IMG/VR virus record: IMGVR_UViG_3300025523_000001
From: a virus
Strand: one strand, 5' to 3'
Length of the DNA: 40,529 bases
Each line of letters opens with the position of its first letter. Position 1 is the first letter of the stretch. This document shows positions 13,630-22,824 of the stretch, one piece after another. The translations under genes and the position numbers were made by a program. The notes below the pieces were generated by a model. The model did not search any database, was not told the origin of the DNA, and worked only from the letters and a program-made list of their open reading frames with translations.

Positions 13630-14021
13630 ACGCAATCTATACATGGAGAACAATAAAAGTTTTGGAGAAAGGATATGATATGAAACTGAGCGAATTAAAC
13701 TATTTACTTAAAAGAGGAGTAGAAGAAAAGGACATTGCCAAATCATTAGACATGGATCCTAAAAGCAAAGAATTCAAAAAACTAATTTACAATGCTAGGT
13801 ACATGGGCAAACACCGCAGAAGAAGCAAAGTAAACATGACGACGGAAGAATATATAAATTTACGAAAAAAAGGATTGCAAGTAAGAGAAATCGCGAGAAT
13901 CAAAAATATTAAACTTAGAACCCTTCAGTATTGGAAAAGTAGCCATGGGATCCGCGACAAGGATTTAGTTGCACAAGGCATCCTGCCGAAAACGTGCCTT
14001 ACACGAGGTGCGAAAAGATGA
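13626..14021 (+). CDS. Hypothetical protein with a possible HTH (LQVREIARIKNIKLRTLQYW), 131 aa
   Basis: GGCGGTG SD precedes ATG 13626, which overlaps the upstream stop as ATGA. Confidence 0.6.
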   Translation: MNAIYTWRTIKVLEKGYDMKLSELNYLLKRGVEEKDIAKSLDMDPKSKEFKKLIYNARYMGKHRRRSKVNMTTEEYINLRKKGLQVREIARIKNIKLRTLQYWKSSHGIRDKDLVAQGILPKTCLTRGAKR

Positions 14022-14176
14022 AGCCGCGCAAAAAGGGTGATAAGTATCGGCCTGTCGTTACGGTGCTTAAGGTAAAACGGGGACTGCCAACAAAAATTAT
14101 GGTAAGCGGCCAAGAGTACGCGCTTATTCACAAAAACCAGTATAGGGGAGCGAGGAAATGTGAGGAAAGAGAGTAA
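14018..14176 (+). CDS. Small basic hypothetical protein, 52 aa
   Basis: GAGGTG SD precedes ATG 14018. Confidence 0.5.
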   Translation: MKPRKKGDKYRPVVTVLKVKRGLPTKIMVSGQEYALIHKNQYRGARKCEERE

Positions 14177-14432
14177 GTACATTATAAAAATTGATGATGA
14201 TTATCTTATTGGATTTGAAGGTAGGGGAATCGCTAAAACATCTCATAATGGGTGGAACCAACAACCGACTGAAATGGGAGAGATACAACTTTCTAGGTAT
14301 AGAAGCGATGCAAAAGTATTTGACGGTAAGATTAATTTAAAAAGCGGATTAAACAAACTTTACGACAGAATGAGATACGGTAATTTTGATTTTGACCATT
14401 TGGAAATATATAGATACGAATATTCAGAATAG
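14160..14432 (+). CDS. Hypothetical protein, 90 aa, flanked by 19-nt direct repeats
   Basis: GTG 14160 follows GGGGAGCGAGG. ATAGGGGAGCGAG(G/A)AAATG occurs at 14142-14160 and 14429-14447. Confidence 0.65.
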   Translation: MRKESKYIIKIDDDYLIGFEGRGIAKTSHNGWNQQPTEMGEIQLSRYRSDAKVFDGKINLKSGLNKLYDRMRYGNFDFDHLEIYRYEYSE

Positions 14433-14444
14433 GGGAGCGAGAAA

Positions 14445-14723
14445 ATGACAAGATTAGCGGGTTCAGATATCGCAGGAAAAATAATGATTATGATTGCTAG
14501 AAATCTAAATGCTCGTATTTCGAAAGGGTATGAAACATATGGGCAGACGCTAGATGACTGCCCAGACGATGCTTACGACTGGCAGCAAATGCAAATCGAG
14601 GAGCTGCTGGACGGCCTGCAATACGCCCTAAAAGAAAATGCCATACTGCGTAAAAAATTGTCGGCGGAGATAAAGGAAAATTTAAATTTAAAAAGATTGC
14701 TGGAGAGGGGAATGAAGGAATGA
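14445..14723 (+). CDS. Hypothetical protein, 92 aa; possibly a small all-alpha NTP-pyrophosphohydrolase-related protein
   Basis: KGYETYGQTL...WQQMQIEELLDGLQYAL loosely resembles MazG-like helices. The call is weak. Confidence 0.3.
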   Translation: MTRLAGSDIAGKIMIMIARNLNARISKGYETYGQTLDDCPDDAYDWQQMQIEELLDGLQYALKENAILRKKLSAEIKENLNLKRLLERGMKE

Positions 14724-15283
14724 ACTTACAAAAATTATTTGAAGCACAGGCGGAACTGGACCGTCACATATACGAACAGCATCCTGTGGAAGAAGGGGAA
14801 AATCGGTTGCAAAAGAAAATGCTGGCCATGCTTGTAGAAATTGGAGAATGTGCAAATGAATTTCGAGAGTTTAAATATTGGAGCAATGACCAAACACCAC
14901 GAACTGAAGTACTTGTGTTTGCTCATTTGACTGATGGCCGACATGTTCAACGTGTTGAAAATTTTGTTATTAAGGAACTTGTCGATATCGTCCATTTTGC
15001 ATTAAGTATTGGAGTTGATTTACATTTGACAAAAATTGAGCCAGAACCGGTTATGTTTGCAAACAAGATAGAACAATTCAATGAGCTATTCGCGCAAGCA
15101 TCATACTTGTATCTTGTCACGAAAAGAAATGGGTCAGACATCGAGCTGAGAGATGAATATGTAATGATGTGGAGTATTATATTTGGTCTGGTTGGACATC
15201 TCGGCTTCACATGGGAACAAGTCGAGGATGCCTATTTTGCAAAGAATGAGGAAAATCACAAACGGCAAGAAAACGGATATTGA
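14720..15283 (+). CDS. Dimeric (all-alpha, dUTPase_2-type) dUTPase-like protein
   Basis: LQKLFEAQAELD...MLAMLVEIGECANEFREFKYWS...ELVDIVHFALSIG matches the pattern of dimeric dUTPases. Confidence 0.6.
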   Translation: MNLQKLFEAQAELDRHIYEQHPVEEGENRLQKKMLAMLVEIGECANEFREFKYWSNDQTPRTEVLVFAHLTDGRHVQRVENFVIKELVDIVHFALSIGVDLHLTKIEPEPVMFANKIEQFNELFAQASYLYLVTKRNGSDIELRDEYVMMWSIIFGLVGHLGFTWEQVEDAYFAKNEENHKRQENGY

Positions 15284-15293
15284 GGTGAAAAAG

Positions 15294-15425
15294 ATGATTG
15301 TAAAAAAAGAATGGCGCAGTAAGAAGACAGTTGGAAGCAAATTCACATCTCCATTATACATTTACACTGGATACTTTCTTTTTGGAGTTATTCCGGTTTA
15401 TATTCGCAGAGAATTAAACATGTAA
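15294..15425 (+). CDS. Small membrane protein, 43 aa
   Basis: GAGGTG SD. The hydrophobic segment is LYIYTGYFLFGVIPVYI. Confidence 0.45.
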   Translation: MIVKKEWRSKKTVGSKFTSPLYIYTGYFLFGVIPVYIRRELNM

Positions 15426-15503
15426 AATAAAAAAGACCAGGCTTTCCCTAGTCCGTTAAATATTTGTTCGGCTACCTATATTTTACAACAGGGAGGGCTT
15501 GAA

Positions 15504-15986
15504 TTGGTAGATCAATTATCATTACTCATTCCCGAAATAGATAGAGATGCAACACAGGCAAACGTAGAAAAAGCCATTGCAAAATATAGATATTACTCAC
15601 TGCAAACGGAAGATGAGTTTTTGCCAAAGATAACAGCCAGTTATTCCATGATTCCGCCAACAAATACAAATGCTTTTCATTCGTCCACAGAGGACTCAGC
15701 AATCCGTATGGTGGAATTTGAACGTGAGAGGATGGAATACCTTACCCGTTTCGCAAAAGCCGTAAATAGGCTTTCTGCACGCGAGAGAGAGGCATTTATT
15801 CTAAAGTACATGGGAGAGGAAGAACTTTATGATTATGAAGTGTACAACAAGCTAGGAATGGGAGAAACCTATTACTATACAAAGTTTAAGCCAAGGATGT
15901 TTTACAAATTCGCCATTGCAATGCGGATCGAAGTATATAAAACAAATTCGCAAAGACAAAATAAAGAAAACGCGAATGATTTATAA
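15504..15986 (+). CDS. ArpU-family phage late transcriptional regulator (sigma-like)
   Basis: TTG start after GGGAGGG. ANVEKAIAKYRYY...ITASYSMIPPTNTNAFHSSTEDSA...ERMEYLTRFAKAVNRLSAREREAFILKYM fits ArpU/RinA-type regulators. It is the last gene before the packaging genes. Confidence 0.75.
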   Translation: MVDQLSLLIPEIDRDATQANVEKAIAKYRYYSLQTEDEFLPKITASYSMIPPTNTNAFHSSTEDSAIRMVEFERERMEYLTRFAKAVNRLSAREREAFILKYMGEEELYDYEVYNKLGMGETYYYTKFKPRMFYKFAIAMRIEVYKTNSQRQNKENANDL

Positions 15987-16016
15987 AGAAACTGTGATGA
16001 TCATTCGTCTTTTAAC
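15971..16016 (+). terminator. Intrinsic terminator overlapping the ArpU stop codon
   Basis: CGAATGAT (15971-15978) pairs with ATCATTCG (16000-16007). The tail is TCTTTTAA. Confidence 0.5.
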
Positions 16017-16043
16017 CTGATATTATTGTAGTATCGAAAGAAT

Positions 16044-16066
16044 AAAAAATGCTGCGGAAACAGCAT
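16044..16066 (-). terminator. Hairpin ATGCTG-cggaaa-CAGCAT whose T-tail lies on the minus strand
   Basis: The stem pairs 16049-16054 with 16061-16066. An A6 run precedes it on the plus strand, which gives a TTTTTTATT tail on the minus strand. Confidence 0.45.
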
Positions 16067-16083
16067 TTGGTGGTTCTGCCTCA

Positions 16084-16116
16084 AGCGTCTATCCATATGG
16101 ATGGGCGCTTTTAGTA
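16084..16116 (+). terminator. Intrinsic terminator upstream of the late operon
   Basis: An 11-bp stem pairs 16084-16094 with 16099-16109 around CCATATGG. The tail is TTTTAGTAT. Confidence 0.55.
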
Positions 16117-16137
16117 TGCAATGGGCAGGTGAAGGAA

Positions 16138-16266
16138 ATGGACGACGCAATCACAAAGGCCGCAATCACACATGCGAAAGAAGCTATTACACAAGCACAG
16201 AAAGCTATTAGAATAGCGAACGAGGCAATAGCCGAAGCAGATAAAGCCATGAGAGATGAAGGGTAA
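16138..16266 (+). CDS. Small helical hypothetical protein, 42 aa
   Basis: AGGTGAAGGA SD. Translation is MDDAITKAAITHAKEAITQAQKAIRIANEAIAEADKAMRDEG. Confidence 0.45.
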   Translation: MDDAITKAAITHAKEAITQAQKAIRIANEAIAEADKAMRDEG

Positions 16267-16291
16267 TGGAAATAACGCAGGAGCAGTTACG

Positions 16292-16633
16292 ATGGCTCGA
16301 GGGATTGATATGAAAGGATTTGAAACAGACGAAGCAGCAAAACAATTCTATGCATCATCAGCGTGGAGACGGTGCAGGAAGGCTGTGCTTATCCGTGATC
16401 ACTATCTATGCCAGGAGTGCCTAAGGCGTGGCATTATTACGCAAGCCAACATCGTGCACCATATTGAAGCCCTCAAGGATGCACCGGAAAAGGCGCTGGA
16501 CATGGACAATCTGGAAACGATTTGTCCGGCATGCCACAACAAAGAGCACCCGGAAAAGCCAGGCGGTGAGAAAAAACCGAAGCGGCGAAAAGATATTTTC
16601 AAATTTTACGCAAACAACGAGGTGATTGGGTAG
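16292..16633 (+). CDS. Terminase-associated HNH endonuclease
   Basis: AGGAG SD precedes ATG 16292. The HNH core is YLCQECLRRGIITQANIVHHIEALKD...NLETICPACHNKEH. The gene lies immediately upstream of terS/terL. Confidence 0.85.
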   Translation: MARGIDMKGFETDEAAKQFYASSAWRRCRKAVLIRDHYLCQECLRRGIITQANIVHHIEALKDAPEKALDMDNLETICPACHNKEHPEKPGGEKKPKRRKDIFKFYANNEVIG

Positions 16634-16774
16634 CCCCCCCTCTTTCCAAAATTGAAAAGCCCGTCGCCATATAAACGGTGCGCACCTACTTCCACAATAT
16701 TGCCGCCGATCAATATTTTTTAGCCGGTCGTCTAAGCCAATTTTTTCTGAAAATAAACGAAGGGTGGTGATAAT

Positions 16775-17230
16775 ATGCCGACGCCAGCAAAAAATGCACG
16801 CTTGCAATTGCTCCAGGGCAATCCAGCAAAGAAAAACACCAATGAGCTAAAACGGCGGGCAGAAAAAGAAGAAAAAATGAAAATGAGCGCCGCGCATGTG
16901 AACCCGCCGTCGTGGCTTGATGAAACAGCTAAAAAGGAATTTAAACGTTTGGCAAAATTATTGTTGAGTGTTGAGCTGATCAATGAGGCCGACATCGGGC
17001 ATCTCGCCATGTACTGTGATGCCTATTCACAATATTTAACGTTTAAAAAACAAATTAAAGAGAACGGGCTATGGGTTGGCGACAGGCCAAACCCTTTTAT
17101 TTTGCGCATGAAAGATGCAGCAATGCAAATGCGATCTTTCGGATCTGATTTAGGGCTTTCCCCGGCTTCAAGAGCAAGATTAGCCATTAATCTAAGCAAA
17201 GATGAGGAAGATGACGACGACGATTTCTAA
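16775..17230 (+). CDS. terS: Terminase small subunit, P27 family
   Basis: LLQGNPAKKN...PPSWLDETAKKEFKRLAKLL...IGHLAMYCDAYSQY...MRSFGSDLGLSPASRARL is the P27-family signature. Confidence 0.9.
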   Translation: MPTPAKNARLQLLQGNPAKKNTNELKRRAEKEEKMKMSAAHVNPPSWLDETAKKEFKRLAKLLLSVELINEADIGHLAMYCDAYSQYLTFKKQIKENGLWVGDRPNPFILRMKDAAMQMRSFGSDLGLSPASRARLAINLSKDEEDDDDDF

Positions 17231-19007
17231 GCCTTTGCTGGAAATGAACTATTCCGAGCTTGAAGAATGGTGGGAAGGCTATCTTGCAGAACAAAAAAGC
17301 TGGGGAGGAATTCTCGAACAACCCTATCCGGAACTTTTAACCACATGGTACGCAGAAAGGCTTGTCGACGGATCAATTCCAGCTAGCAAAGAGAATATTC
17401 TGGCGGCAAAGCGGCATCTGCGAGATTTGGAGCGCCAGGGAACGGATGATTTTCCGTGGGTCTTTGATGAGGAAAAGGCGCATCGCCCGATTCGATTTAT
17501 CGAGCAGAAATGTAAACCGTCAAAAGGTGACTTTGATCGGTTGGTTCTTCAGCCATGGCAACATTTTGTCATCGGCAATCTGTTCGGATGGGTGCATAAA
17601 AATACCGGCATTCGTCGTTTTCGTGAAGGTCTGGTATTTGTTGGCCGGAAAAACGGGAAAACAACGCTTATTTCCGGTTTATCGAATTATATGCTGGGGT
17701 TTGATGGCGAAAATGGTGCCCGTATTTATGTTTTGGCAAACGCCGAGCAGCAGGCGCATGAACTATTTGACGAAGCAAAAGCGATGGTTGAAGAATCACC
17801 TTATTTGTCCAAGCGATACAAGCCGCAGCGGTCTGTAATCAAATATGACAAGACATATTCTAAGATTGAAGCCAGGGCATCCGACAGTAAACGTCTTGAC
17901 GGATTGAATACGCACTTAGGCATATTTGATGAAATACACGAGTTTAAGGATTTTAAGCTGATCAACGTTATTAAGAAATCAAGGGGCTCCCGTAAACAGC
18001 CATTAATCATATACATCACAACGGCCGGATATGTACTAGATGGCCCATTGATGAGCTATTACGATTCAGCGCATGAATGTTTAGAAAGCTTGGATGAAAA
18101 TTTGGACGAAAGGACATTTTACTTTATCGCCAAATTGGACAAGCCGGAAGAAGCTGATCACCCGGAACTTTGGATCAAGGCAAACCCGAACATTGGATTG
18201 ATGGACTTTGTGAACCTCGTTTCCGACTGGAAAAAGGACAGGAAAAGCCCACAAGAAAAGGCCGACTGGATGACAAAACAATTTAACATCTTTAGCGATG
18301 TTGACGAGCTGTCATTTGTTGATGTTGCTACGATAAATAAGAACAACCGCGTGATTGATGTCGATACATTGAAAGGCCGAGTCTGCTTTGGCGGATACGA
18401 CTTATCAGAAACGGAAGACTTCACAGCGGCTGTGCTTGAATTTCCATTGGATGACGGCAGCATATTTATTATGCATCATAGCTGGATACCGCAAGCCCGA
18501 TATGATCGCGACAACAACCAGCCGCGATTGAGAGAATGGGAGACAGCCGGAGATTTGACCATTGTGCCAGGTGATTACGTGAAATATGAATATGTATTTG
18601 ATTGGTTTGTCGAGAAATCTCAAATCTATAAGATTAAAAAAATCGGATATGACAAGGCGAAGGCCTTATTTTTAAACAAGGCCCTAGAAGATTACGGTTT
18701 TGATACCGAAAAAGTTATCCAGGGCTTTACCACACTCGGCGGGCCATTGCAAAACTTCAAGGAATTAATGCTTGATGGTAAAGTTATTTTCAACAATAGC
18801 AAGATTTATAGATGGTACTTGAATAATGTGCGGCTTGTAGAGGACAGGAATAAAAACTGGATCCCTACAAAGCAGTCGAAAAACCGAAAAATTGATGGTT
18901 TTGCGGCCACTTTGAACGCCCACACGTTTGCTATTCCAATGCTGATTAAGCCGGCAGGACCTGCGAAGGTTTCATTCTTCAGCGTTAGCGATCTCAAAAA
19001 GCTGTAA
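17202..19007 (+). CDS. terL: Terminase large subunit (Terminase_1 type); exact start uncertain
   Basis: The Walker A-like motif is VGRKNGKTTL. The size of ~600 aa and the position between terS and portal fit. The family-typical motif ATLNAH is present. Confidence 0.92.
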   Translation: MRKMTTTISKPLLEMNYSELEEWWEGYLAEQKSWGGILEQPYPELLTTWYAERLVDGSIPASKENILAAKRHLRDLERQGTDDFPWVFDEEKAHRPIRFIEQKCKPSKGDFDRLVLQPWQHFVIGNLFGWVHKNTGIRRFREGLVFVGRKNGKTTLISGLSNYMLGFDGENGARIYVLANAEQQAHELFDEAKAMVEESPYLSKRYKPQRSVIKYDKTYSKIEARASDSKRLDGLNTHLGIFDEIHEFKDFKLINVIKKSRGSRKQPLIIYITTAGYVLDGPLMSYYDSAHECLESLDENLDERTFYFIAKLDKPEEADHPELWIKANPNIGLMDFVNLVSDWKKDRKSPQEKADWMTKQFNIFSDVDELSFVDVATINKNNRVIDVDTLKGRVCFGGYDLSETEDFTAAVLEFPLDDGSIFIMHHSWIPQARYDRDNNQPRLREWETAGDLTIVPGDYVKYEYVFDWFVEKSQIYKIKKIGYDKAKALFLNKALEDYGFDTEKVIQGFTTLGGPLQNFKELMLDGKVIFNNSKIYRWYLNNVRLVEDRNKNWIPTKQSKNRKIDGFAATLNAHTFAIPMLIKPAGPAKVSFFSVSDLKKL

Positions 19008-19011
19008 GGGG

Positions 19012-20244
19012 GTGATGGAAACGAAACTAAAAGATCGGATAAAACGGTTTTTCAAAAACCTTGTATCCGTACAATCAAATTTTTACTCAATCAATGATCT
19101 TTCATCATCCGATTTGTTTAATAACGTCGGAGAGCTTTCAGAGTCGATTTTCAGCGCGATCAGCAGGGTTTCCAATACATTTGCTAGCATGCCATTAAAA
19201 TTGTATGATGGGTCCTATAATGAGCCCACAGACGTGCCGGCATATAATTTGCTAGTGAATGGGCCTAGATATTTTACCGGATTTGATTTTAGACGCGACA
19301 TCGAGGCACTTAGGAACCTAAAAGGAAATGTGTATGTGCAAATTTTCCGGGATATTAACGGAAATATTGTTGATTTGGCGCTGGTTAAACCGGAAGCCTG
19401 CCAGCCTTTATTTGACGTGAAGACAGGCGAACTTTATTATGCCGTATCGGCGATTGATAACGGTATGGTAAAAGAAACGATGTATATGCACTATACGCAG
19501 ATGTTGCATCTTAAATTTCCTCGTTTTGGGTCTGTAAAAGGCGTAAATCCGATGCAATTGTTAAAAAATACAATTGATTATGATTTACAAGTGAAAAAAA
19601 TTTCACTTGATCAATTAGTCGGAACAAATGAAGGGTTTATTGTCCATTATGACACCAATATGGACGAGGAGCAGCAAAAAGAAATTGTAAAGCGAATCGC
19701 ACAGTTTTATAAAGACAATGGCGGCGTACTATTCGAAGAAAACGGCGTGACAATCAGCAGAATTGAACGCGATCTTGTTGACTCTAAACTTCTTGACGTT
19801 GACCAGGTCACGCGGTCAAAGGTCGCCATGGTTTACAACATACCGGAGCACTTTCTGGGCAATTCGAATGGCTCATATAATTCACTTGAACAATTGAATT
19901 TGGAATTTGTTACCGGCAATTTAGCGGCAACTATCCGGCAATATGAGGAAGAATTTAACAAAAAATTATTGACTGAAGCACAACGAAAAAAAGGCTACCA
20001 TTTCAAGTTTAACATGAATGCTTTGCTAAGGGGAGATACGCAAACGCGGGGCGCATTTTATCAAATCGGCATTCGAAGCGGATTTTTAACCCCGAATGAT
20101 GTCCGAATTTTAGAGGATTTGCCGCCTGATAATGACCCTAACGCTAACAAACTATGGGTTTCTGGGGATTTATACACCATAGATACACCAGGATCTGAAC
20201 GGAAAGGAGGTGGATCAAATGCCGAAAGCAAAACAGCTAAATAA
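19012..20244 (+). CDS. Portal protein (HK97 family)
   Basis: 410 aa, located after terL. The C-terminal motifs FVTGNL...RQYEEEFNKKLL...LLRGD are typical of this family. Confidence 0.9.
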   Translation: MMETKLKDRIKRFFKNLVSVQSNFYSINDLSSSDLFNNVGELSESIFSAISRVSNTFASMPLKLYDGSYNEPTDVPAYNLLVNGPRYFTGFDFRRDIEALRNLKGNVYVQIFRDINGNIVDLALVKPEACQPLFDVKTGELYYAVSAIDNGMVKETMYMHYTQMLHLKFPRFGSVKGVNPMQLLKNTIDYDLQVKKISLDQLVGTNEGFIVHYDTNMDEEQQKEIVKRIAQFYKDNGGVLFEENGVTISRIERDLVDSKLLDVDQVTRSKVAMVYNIPEHFLGNSNGSYNSLEQLNLEFVTGNLAATIRQYEEEFNKKLLTEAQRKKGYHFKFNMNALLRGDTQTRGAFYQIGIRSGFLTPNDVRILEDLPPDNDPNANKLWVSGDLYTIDTPGSERKGGGSNAESKTAK

Positions 20245-20938
20245 ATTTTGGAAAATGCAAGTATCCGGAGAAAATAGCGCGGATGTTTTTATCTTTGGTG
20301 AAATAACAACAAGTGGATGGGAATCCGATGCGTCCGATACGTCGGCCAGCGCTTTTAAACGCGATTTGGATGCGCTCGGAGATGTGACGACCATTAATTT
20401 GCACATTAACAGCCCGGGCGGGGATGTGTTTGACGGCATCGCCATTGGAAACATGCTTAAGCAGCATAAAGCACAGGTAAATTGCTATGTGGATGGTGTC
20501 GCGGCGTCGATTGCAAGCGTGATTGCAATGAGCGGTGACGCTATTTATATGCCGTCTAACGCCATGCTGATGGTTCATAATCCATGGTCTTTTGCCTATG
20601 GAAATGCATCTGATTTTAGGAAACAGGCAGATAACCTGGACCATATCGCCGACAGCATTAAGCAAACATATCTGGAAAAAGCCGGCGACAAGCTTGATTT
20701 AGAGACGATCACGCAGTTAATGGACGCAGAAACATGGATGTCTGCGCAGGAGGCGTTTGAATATGGCCTGTGTGATCAAGTTTTAAACGCAAATCAGGCA
20801 GTGGCATCCATTTCCCGGGAATGGGCCGGGAGATATAAAAACGTTCCTAAGGCGCTTGTGGAGTCTTCCACGGATGCAGAAAAGCGATCAGAAAACAAAT
20901 TGCTTGCCAAAAAACTAAAAGTATTAAAAGGAGAATGA
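20219..20938 (+). CDS. ClpP-like (S14) prohead maturation protease
   Basis: AAAGGAGGTG SD precedes ATG 20219. Motifs are INSPGGDVFDG, GVAASIASVIAMSGD (Ser) and MLMVHNPW (His). Confidence 0.9.
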   Translation: MPKAKQLNKFWKMQVSGENSADVFIFGEITTSGWESDASDTSASAFKRDLDALGDVTTINLHINSPGGDVFDGIAIGNMLKQHKAQVNCYVDGVAASIASVIAMSGDAIYMPSNAMLMVHNPWSFAYGNASDFRKQADNLDHIADSIKQTYLEKAGDKLDLETITQLMDAETWMSAQEAFEYGLCDQVLNANQAVASISREWAGRYKNVPKALVESSTDAEKRSENKLLAKKLKVLKGE

Positions 20939-20942
20939 TAAC

Positions 20943-22202
20943 ATGAACATTGAACAATTAAGAAATGCCTGGATTGAAGCCGGACAAAAAGTTTCCGATA
21001 TTCAAAATCAAATTCAAACTGCTCTTTTGGATGATAGCATCACAGTCGATGCTATTAACGATCTAAAAAACAAGCTGGAAACAGCGAAGGCAAAACGCGA
21101 TCTTGCGAAACAGCAACTAGATGAAGCTGAAGCAAACGCAAAAAACCTTGAGCCGGCATCCGAACCGAAAATTAACCGTCAACCTATGCCGGAAAACATG
21201 GTAAAAGAATTTGCAAAAGACTTTAAGGACTTGATGCTTGGTAAATTCCAGCCGAAAAATGCGCTCGGCTCCGATCTTGATGCAGATGGGAATGGCGCCG
21301 GTCTTACAATTCCGCAAGACATTCAAACTAATATTAACGCTTTGAAACGTCAATATAATTCGCTTGAACAATATGTCGAGGTCATCCCTGTTTCTACGCT
21401 GAGCGGGTCCCGTGTACTGGAAAAGTGGACGGATGTCACGCCGTTTGCAAATATTGATGACGAATTTGGCACAATCGGAAACAATGATGATCCGAATTTC
21501 ACGCTTATCAAATATATGATTAAACGCTATGCCGGCATTTCCACGCTGTCGAATACACTGCTGAAAGATACAGCGGAACAGATTGTGGCTTACATCGAAC
21601 AATGGCTGGCTAAAAAGCAAGTTGTAACGCGCAATAATGCTATTTTGGCAGAACTTGCGAAACTGCCGAGTACCCAAAAGAAAACCATCAAGGATATTGA
21701 CGGTATCAAGGACATTTTTAATACTCAATTGGATCCGGCTTTGCATGCTACTACAAGGTTTTACACTAACCAATCCGGATTTAACGTGCTGGATAAGGTT
21801 AAAGATTCTGATGGCCGCTATTTGTTACAACCAATGGTTGTTGCTGATTCCTTTACTCCAATGTCAACGACCGGGCAAACATTAAAGCAAGTCCCGTCCT
21901 TGCTTGGTAAAGAATTGGTTGTCATTTCTGACCGTTGGCTGCCAAACGGTGGAACAGCCTCTACTCCGACTTACCCGCTGTATATCGGCGACATGGCGGA
22001 AACCGTAAAACTATTTGACCGTGAAAAGCTTTCGCTGATGTCTACAAACGTTGGTGCTGGCGCATTTGAAACGGATACGACAAAAATCCGTGCAATTGAC
22101 CGTTTCGATGTCCAATTGTGGGATACAGAAGCAATGGTTGTAGCGTCGTTTGCAGGAATTGCTGATCAATCTGGATCGACATCCGGAACGACTGCGAGCT
22201 GA
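20943..22202 (+). CDS. Major capsid protein (HK97 fold) with an N-terminal scaffold-like coiled coil
   Basis: 419 aa, immediately after the protease. An N-terminal delta-domain-like helix is present. Confidence 0.88.
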   Translation: MNIEQLRNAWIEAGQKVSDIQNQIQTALLDDSITVDAINDLKNKLETAKAKRDLAKQQLDEAEANAKNLEPASEPKINRQPMPENMVKEFAKDFKDLMLGKFQPKNALGSDLDADGNGAGLTIPQDIQTNINALKRQYNSLEQYVEVIPVSTLSGSRVLEKWTDVTPFANIDDEFGTIGNNDDPNFTLIKYMIKRYAGISTLSNTLLKDTAEQIVAYIEQWLAKKQVVTRNNAILAELAKLPSTQKKTIKDIDGIKDIFNTQLDPALHATTRFYTNQSGFNVLDKVKDSDGRYLLQPMVVADSFTPMSTTGQTLKQVPSLLGKELVVISDRWLPNGGTASTPTYPLYIGDMAETVKLFDREKLSLMSTNVGAGAFETDTTKIRAIDRFDVQLWDTEAMVVASFAGIADQSGSTSGTTAS

Positions 22203-22208
22203 TGAATA

Positions 22209-22523
22209 ATGGCTGATGTTGATATTTCAAATATCAAACAGGCCCTAAGAATTGATACAGACGCCGACGATGAGCTGCTTAAAGCGCTCTATTCCGCGGC
22301 GTCTGATTATATTAAAGGGGCTATTGGGGATGATGTTGAGGGGTTTTACGACAACAATTCCAGATTTAACTTAGCTGTTTTAATGTTGACCGATCACTAT
22401 TACAAAACACGATCGGCAACAAGCGAAAAAACATTACAGGAAGTACCATTTGGGGTCACTTCCTTAATTCTGGCGCTGAAAGGTGATTATTATGTCTTAC
22501 AGGACAACGGGGCAGCTGAATGA
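22209..22523 (+). CDS. Head-tail connector (gp6-like, Phage_connect_1)
   Basis: IKQALRIDTDADDELLKALYSAASDYI is the classic gp6-like N-terminus. Confidence 0.8.
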   Translation: MADVDISNIKQALRIDTDADDELLKALYSAASDYIKGAIGDDVEGFYDNNSRFNLAVLMLTDHYYKTRSATSEKTLQEVPFGVTSLILALKGDYYVLQDNGAAE

Positions 22524-22824
22524 CCGCATTACATTTGTGAAGAAGTCGTCTGTACCGAACGCAAACGGAATACCAAGCTCAAAGCCTGTTCCAGTATACA
22601 GTTGCTGGGCGAGTTTGGACACACAAAATCTGAAAGATATGCAGTCTACAGTTGGTACAGTCCTGGAAGATACAGTCACTTTTGTTATCCGGTATTTACA
22701 GGGTTATGAGATTACCAACAAGCTCCAAATATCTTATAAAAACAAGCTATATAACATTATCAACATCGTACCCGGCGAATATGACAAAGAATTTACCAAT
22801 ATAATTGCGAAGGCGGTGACGTAA
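22492..22824 (+). CDS. Head closure / head-tail adaptor protein
   Basis: LNDRITF...YSCWASLDTQ...TFVIRY...ISYKNKLYNIINIV matches the head-tail joining pattern. Confidence 0.75.
   Translation: MSYRTTGQLNDRITFVKKSSVPNANGIPSSKPVPVYSCWASLDTQNLKDMQSTVGTVLEDTVTFVIRYLQGYEITNKLQISYKNKLYNIINIVPGEYDKEFTNIIAKAVT

Noticed and set aside
17362-17838. 158-aa alternative-frame ORF inside terL
   Set aside because: It lies on the same strand but out of frame within a well-supported terminase gene, and it has no SD.
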